Assembly (NCBI GenBank): GCA_964573295.1
Contig: CAZNJE010000021.1
Location: 3,570-67,569, forward strand
DNA: 64,000 nt
From: an uncultured bacterium
GTDB lineage: Bacteria > Eisenbacteria > RBG-16-71-46 > CAIMUX01 > WJJG01
Direction of reading: 5' to 3'
The notes under the pieces were generated by a model. It was not told where the DNA came from. It did no database searches and was given only the letters and a program-made list of their open reading frames with translations. The position numbers and the translations under genes were made by a program. Below are positions 62,188 to 64,000 of the stretch, one piece after another. How positions within the stretch are numbered: position 1 is the stretch's first letter; each line of letters starts with the position of its first letter.

Positions 62188-64000
62188 TCAGCGCAACAAC
62201 AGCAAGCGAGCATGGCGGGTCTCGGAGGGTCGGTCAAGCCGGATGAAGTACACGCCTCCGGCGGCGGGATGACCGCGGTGATCAGCGCCGTCCCAGGCGA
62301 AGCGATGGACGCCGGCCGGAAGCTGGCCGTTCGAGAGCAGTCGCACGCGCCGTCCGGAGAGATCGTAGATCCCCAGACGGATCTCCTCCGCGAGGGGCAA
62401 GGCCAGTTCAATCCGCGTGGCGGTCATGAAGGGATTCGGTTCGCCGGGGCGGAAGGCGAAGGTCGCCGGGAGCGTGGGGCTTCCGGGGCTCCCGGGGGTC
62501 CCGGGGGTCCCGGGGGGCGCATCGTTGATGCCTACCGTGGATCCCACGATCGTGAACAATCCATCGGAAACATCACTGCTCGTCCAGCCGCGATCGTCGC
62601 ACGCTTCGGCCCAAACCAGGCATTGCTGCGAGGTCTCGCCCTCCACCGTCCAGCTCAGGCTGCCGTGGTTGGGCATCCGATCGGCCAGGGTTTCGGCGAA
62701 GGAGTCCCCGCCGTCGCGCGAGAGCAGCAGCGAAACCCACTCGACGAGGGTATCGTCGGTGGCGATCCACTCGATGGTGACCTCCTCGCCTTCCCACCAC
62801 ACTTCACCACCGTTCGGATGAAGGACCGCGATCTCGGGCGCCTGGTTGTCGAAGACCTCCGGCGCCAGCCAGCGAATCGTACGCAGGAGCAATTCGTCGC
62901 GCGTGGCCTCGTCGTTGATGGCCTCGAGACCGAAGGCGAAGTAGGCGAGCCGGTACTCGTCGTCGTAGCGCACGGCGCCGTACCAATCGTCGGCATAGGC
63001 CAGCATCGGCTGGGCCCCGGCGCGAGGGGCCACCGCGCTGGGGTAGTCCTGCGCGCAGGACCCGCTGCCACCGCCGAGGTCGAAGGCCAGCCCTTCGGTG
63101 ATCGGATCGCCGGGCAAGCCCTCCAGATGCCGGTATCCGGCATCGTCGACCAGGTAGGTGGCGCGCAAGATGTTCTCGTAGAAGGCCTGGTCTTGCGGAT
63201 CGGCCTCCTGATACTCGTTCATGAACCACCCGATGTCCTGTCCGGAGGCCAGCAGGCTCCCACCGCCTGTCGTGTAGTCGATCAGGGCCGATTGCTCGGC
63301 ATCGGAAATGGAACCGTCGAGTCCGGTCACCCAGAGGACGACCGGATAGCGCACCAGAACCTCCGACGGGGGCGCGCCGAAGGCGGCCGTATCCCAGACC
63401 CGGTAGCCCAGGTCGTTTGCCTCCAGCGATGCGCGGAAGAACGGATCGGCCACCGAGCCGGCATCGTCATCGACCAAGAGCACGGGCACGTCGCCGATCA
63501 CGAGCGAGAAGGAGTCGGTGACCGTCTCGGTTCCGTCGGCCGCCAGGTCCAGGTAGAACCAGATCGTCTCGCCCACTGGAGTGTCCGCATCGATCGCGAG
63601 TTCAAAGGGCGGCGTGAGCGTTGCGCCCTGATGCGGCTCCAGATCCGTGCAGACGGCCTCGCTGCCGGTGATGTCCACGAAGGGCGACGGCGAGGATAGG
63701 ACGCCCGCGATCCCGGTCTTGGCATCGGCCAGGATCCCGTTGCGTATCTGCACCGAGAGCCCGGCCGTCTCGTCCGGGTCGAGCCAGGCGTCGCCGTCGC
63801 CGGTCACATCATCCTCGACGTCGGTGGCGACCCACTCCAGATCGGTCGCCGGGTAGTAGAAGACCTGCTGGGTGTGCTGGCCGATGTTGCAGGCACCATA
63901 CTTGATGAAGCCGCGTCCGTTGATGCCCCAGCCCATCCCCCAGCTGTTCTTGATCTCCCAGGCGCCTGCGCCCTCACAGGCGGTGTCGTCCCAGCCAATG
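62188..64000 (-). CDS. Secreted papain-like (C1 family) cysteine peptidase with a long C-terminal extension and a T9SS/FlgD-Ig-like C-terminal domain; 5'-partial (runs off window)
   Basis: At the window edge the frame reads ...IGWDDTACEGAGAWEIKNSWGMGWGINGRGFIKYGACNIG. This is the conserved C-terminal end of papain-family catalytic domains (NSWG..WG..GY.....N.CGI). The approximately 80-aa C-terminus (IRLGIYDLSGRRVRLLSNGQLPAGVHRFAWDGADHRGHPAAGGVYFIRLD...RLLLLR) is homologous to the CTD of the C25 peptidase at 15986-18616. Confidence 0.6.
   Translation of the reverse strand, partial: IGWDDTACEGAGAWEIKNSWGMGWGINGRGFIKYGACNIGQHTQQVFYYPATDLEWVATDVEDDVTGDGDAWLDPDETAGLSVQIRNGILADAKTGIAGVLSSPSPFVDITGSEAVCTDLEPHQGATLTPPFELAIDADTPVGETIWFYLDLAADGTETVTDSFSLVIGDVPVLLVDDDAGSVADPFFRASLEANDLGYRVWDTAAFGAPPSEVLVRYPVVLWVTGLDGSISDAEQSALIDYTTGGGSLLASGQDIGWFMNEYQEADPQDQAFYENILRATYLVDDAGYRHLEGLPGDPITEGLAFDLGGGSGSCAQDYPSAVAPRAGAQPMLAYADDWYGAVRYDDEYRLAYFAFGLEAINDEATRDELLLRTIRWLAPEVFDNQAPEIAVLHPNGGEVWWEGEEVTIEWIATDDTLVEWVSLLLSRDGGDSFAETLADRMPNHGSLSWTVEGETSQQCLVWAEACDDRGWTSSDVSDGLFTIVGSTVGINDAPPGTPGTPGSPGSPTLPATFAFRPGEPNPFMTATRIELALPLAEEIRLGIYDLSGRRVRLLSNGQLPAGVHRFAWDGADHRGHPAAGGVYFIRLDRPSETRHARLLLLR

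Noticed and set aside
1-64000. CRISPR arrays, rRNA genes, insertion sequences/transposases, integrases
   Set aside because: No spacer-interspaced repeats, no rRNA-like conserved blocks and no transposase/integrase-like ORFs were seen. The abundant repeats are contiguous tandem arrays without unique spacers.

Overview
This is a high-GC (about 68%) chromosomal segment, densely coding on both strands. It probably comes from an uncultured bacterium that uses T9SS-type C-terminal sorting domains. Housekeeping genes (nadA, asd-lysC, hflKC, thyX-like, yifB) are mixed with accessory content. That content includes a two-component system (histidine kinase plus sigma-54-dependent response regulator) upstream of an orphan FdnH/FdnI-like redox pair, a SagB-type dehydrogenase, a cupin and a CPBP protease. 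It also includes an MdtABC-like tandem RND efflux operon, two secreted peptidases with T9SS-like C-terminal domains (C25 gingipain-like and C1 papain-like), a tricorn-protease homolog, LolCDE/MacB-like and FetAB-like ABC systems, a MATE pump, and a HigB/HigA-ImmA toxin-antitoxin pair in a lower-GC islet. The most notable hidden feature is a SelW/Rdx-family selenoprotein gene with an in-frame UGA (CxxU motif) that the stop-delimited ORF track splits and misses. A second striking property is the number of short (mostly 12-nt or multiples) tandem repeat arrays, found both between genes and as in-frame low-complexity insertions inside otherwise conserved enzymes. No rRNA, tRNA or CRISPR array was recognised by eye. 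Many ORF-track entries are spurious overlapping frames typical of high-GC DNA. Start codons I revised were computed from ORF-track coordinates and may be off by a codon or by an alternative start.
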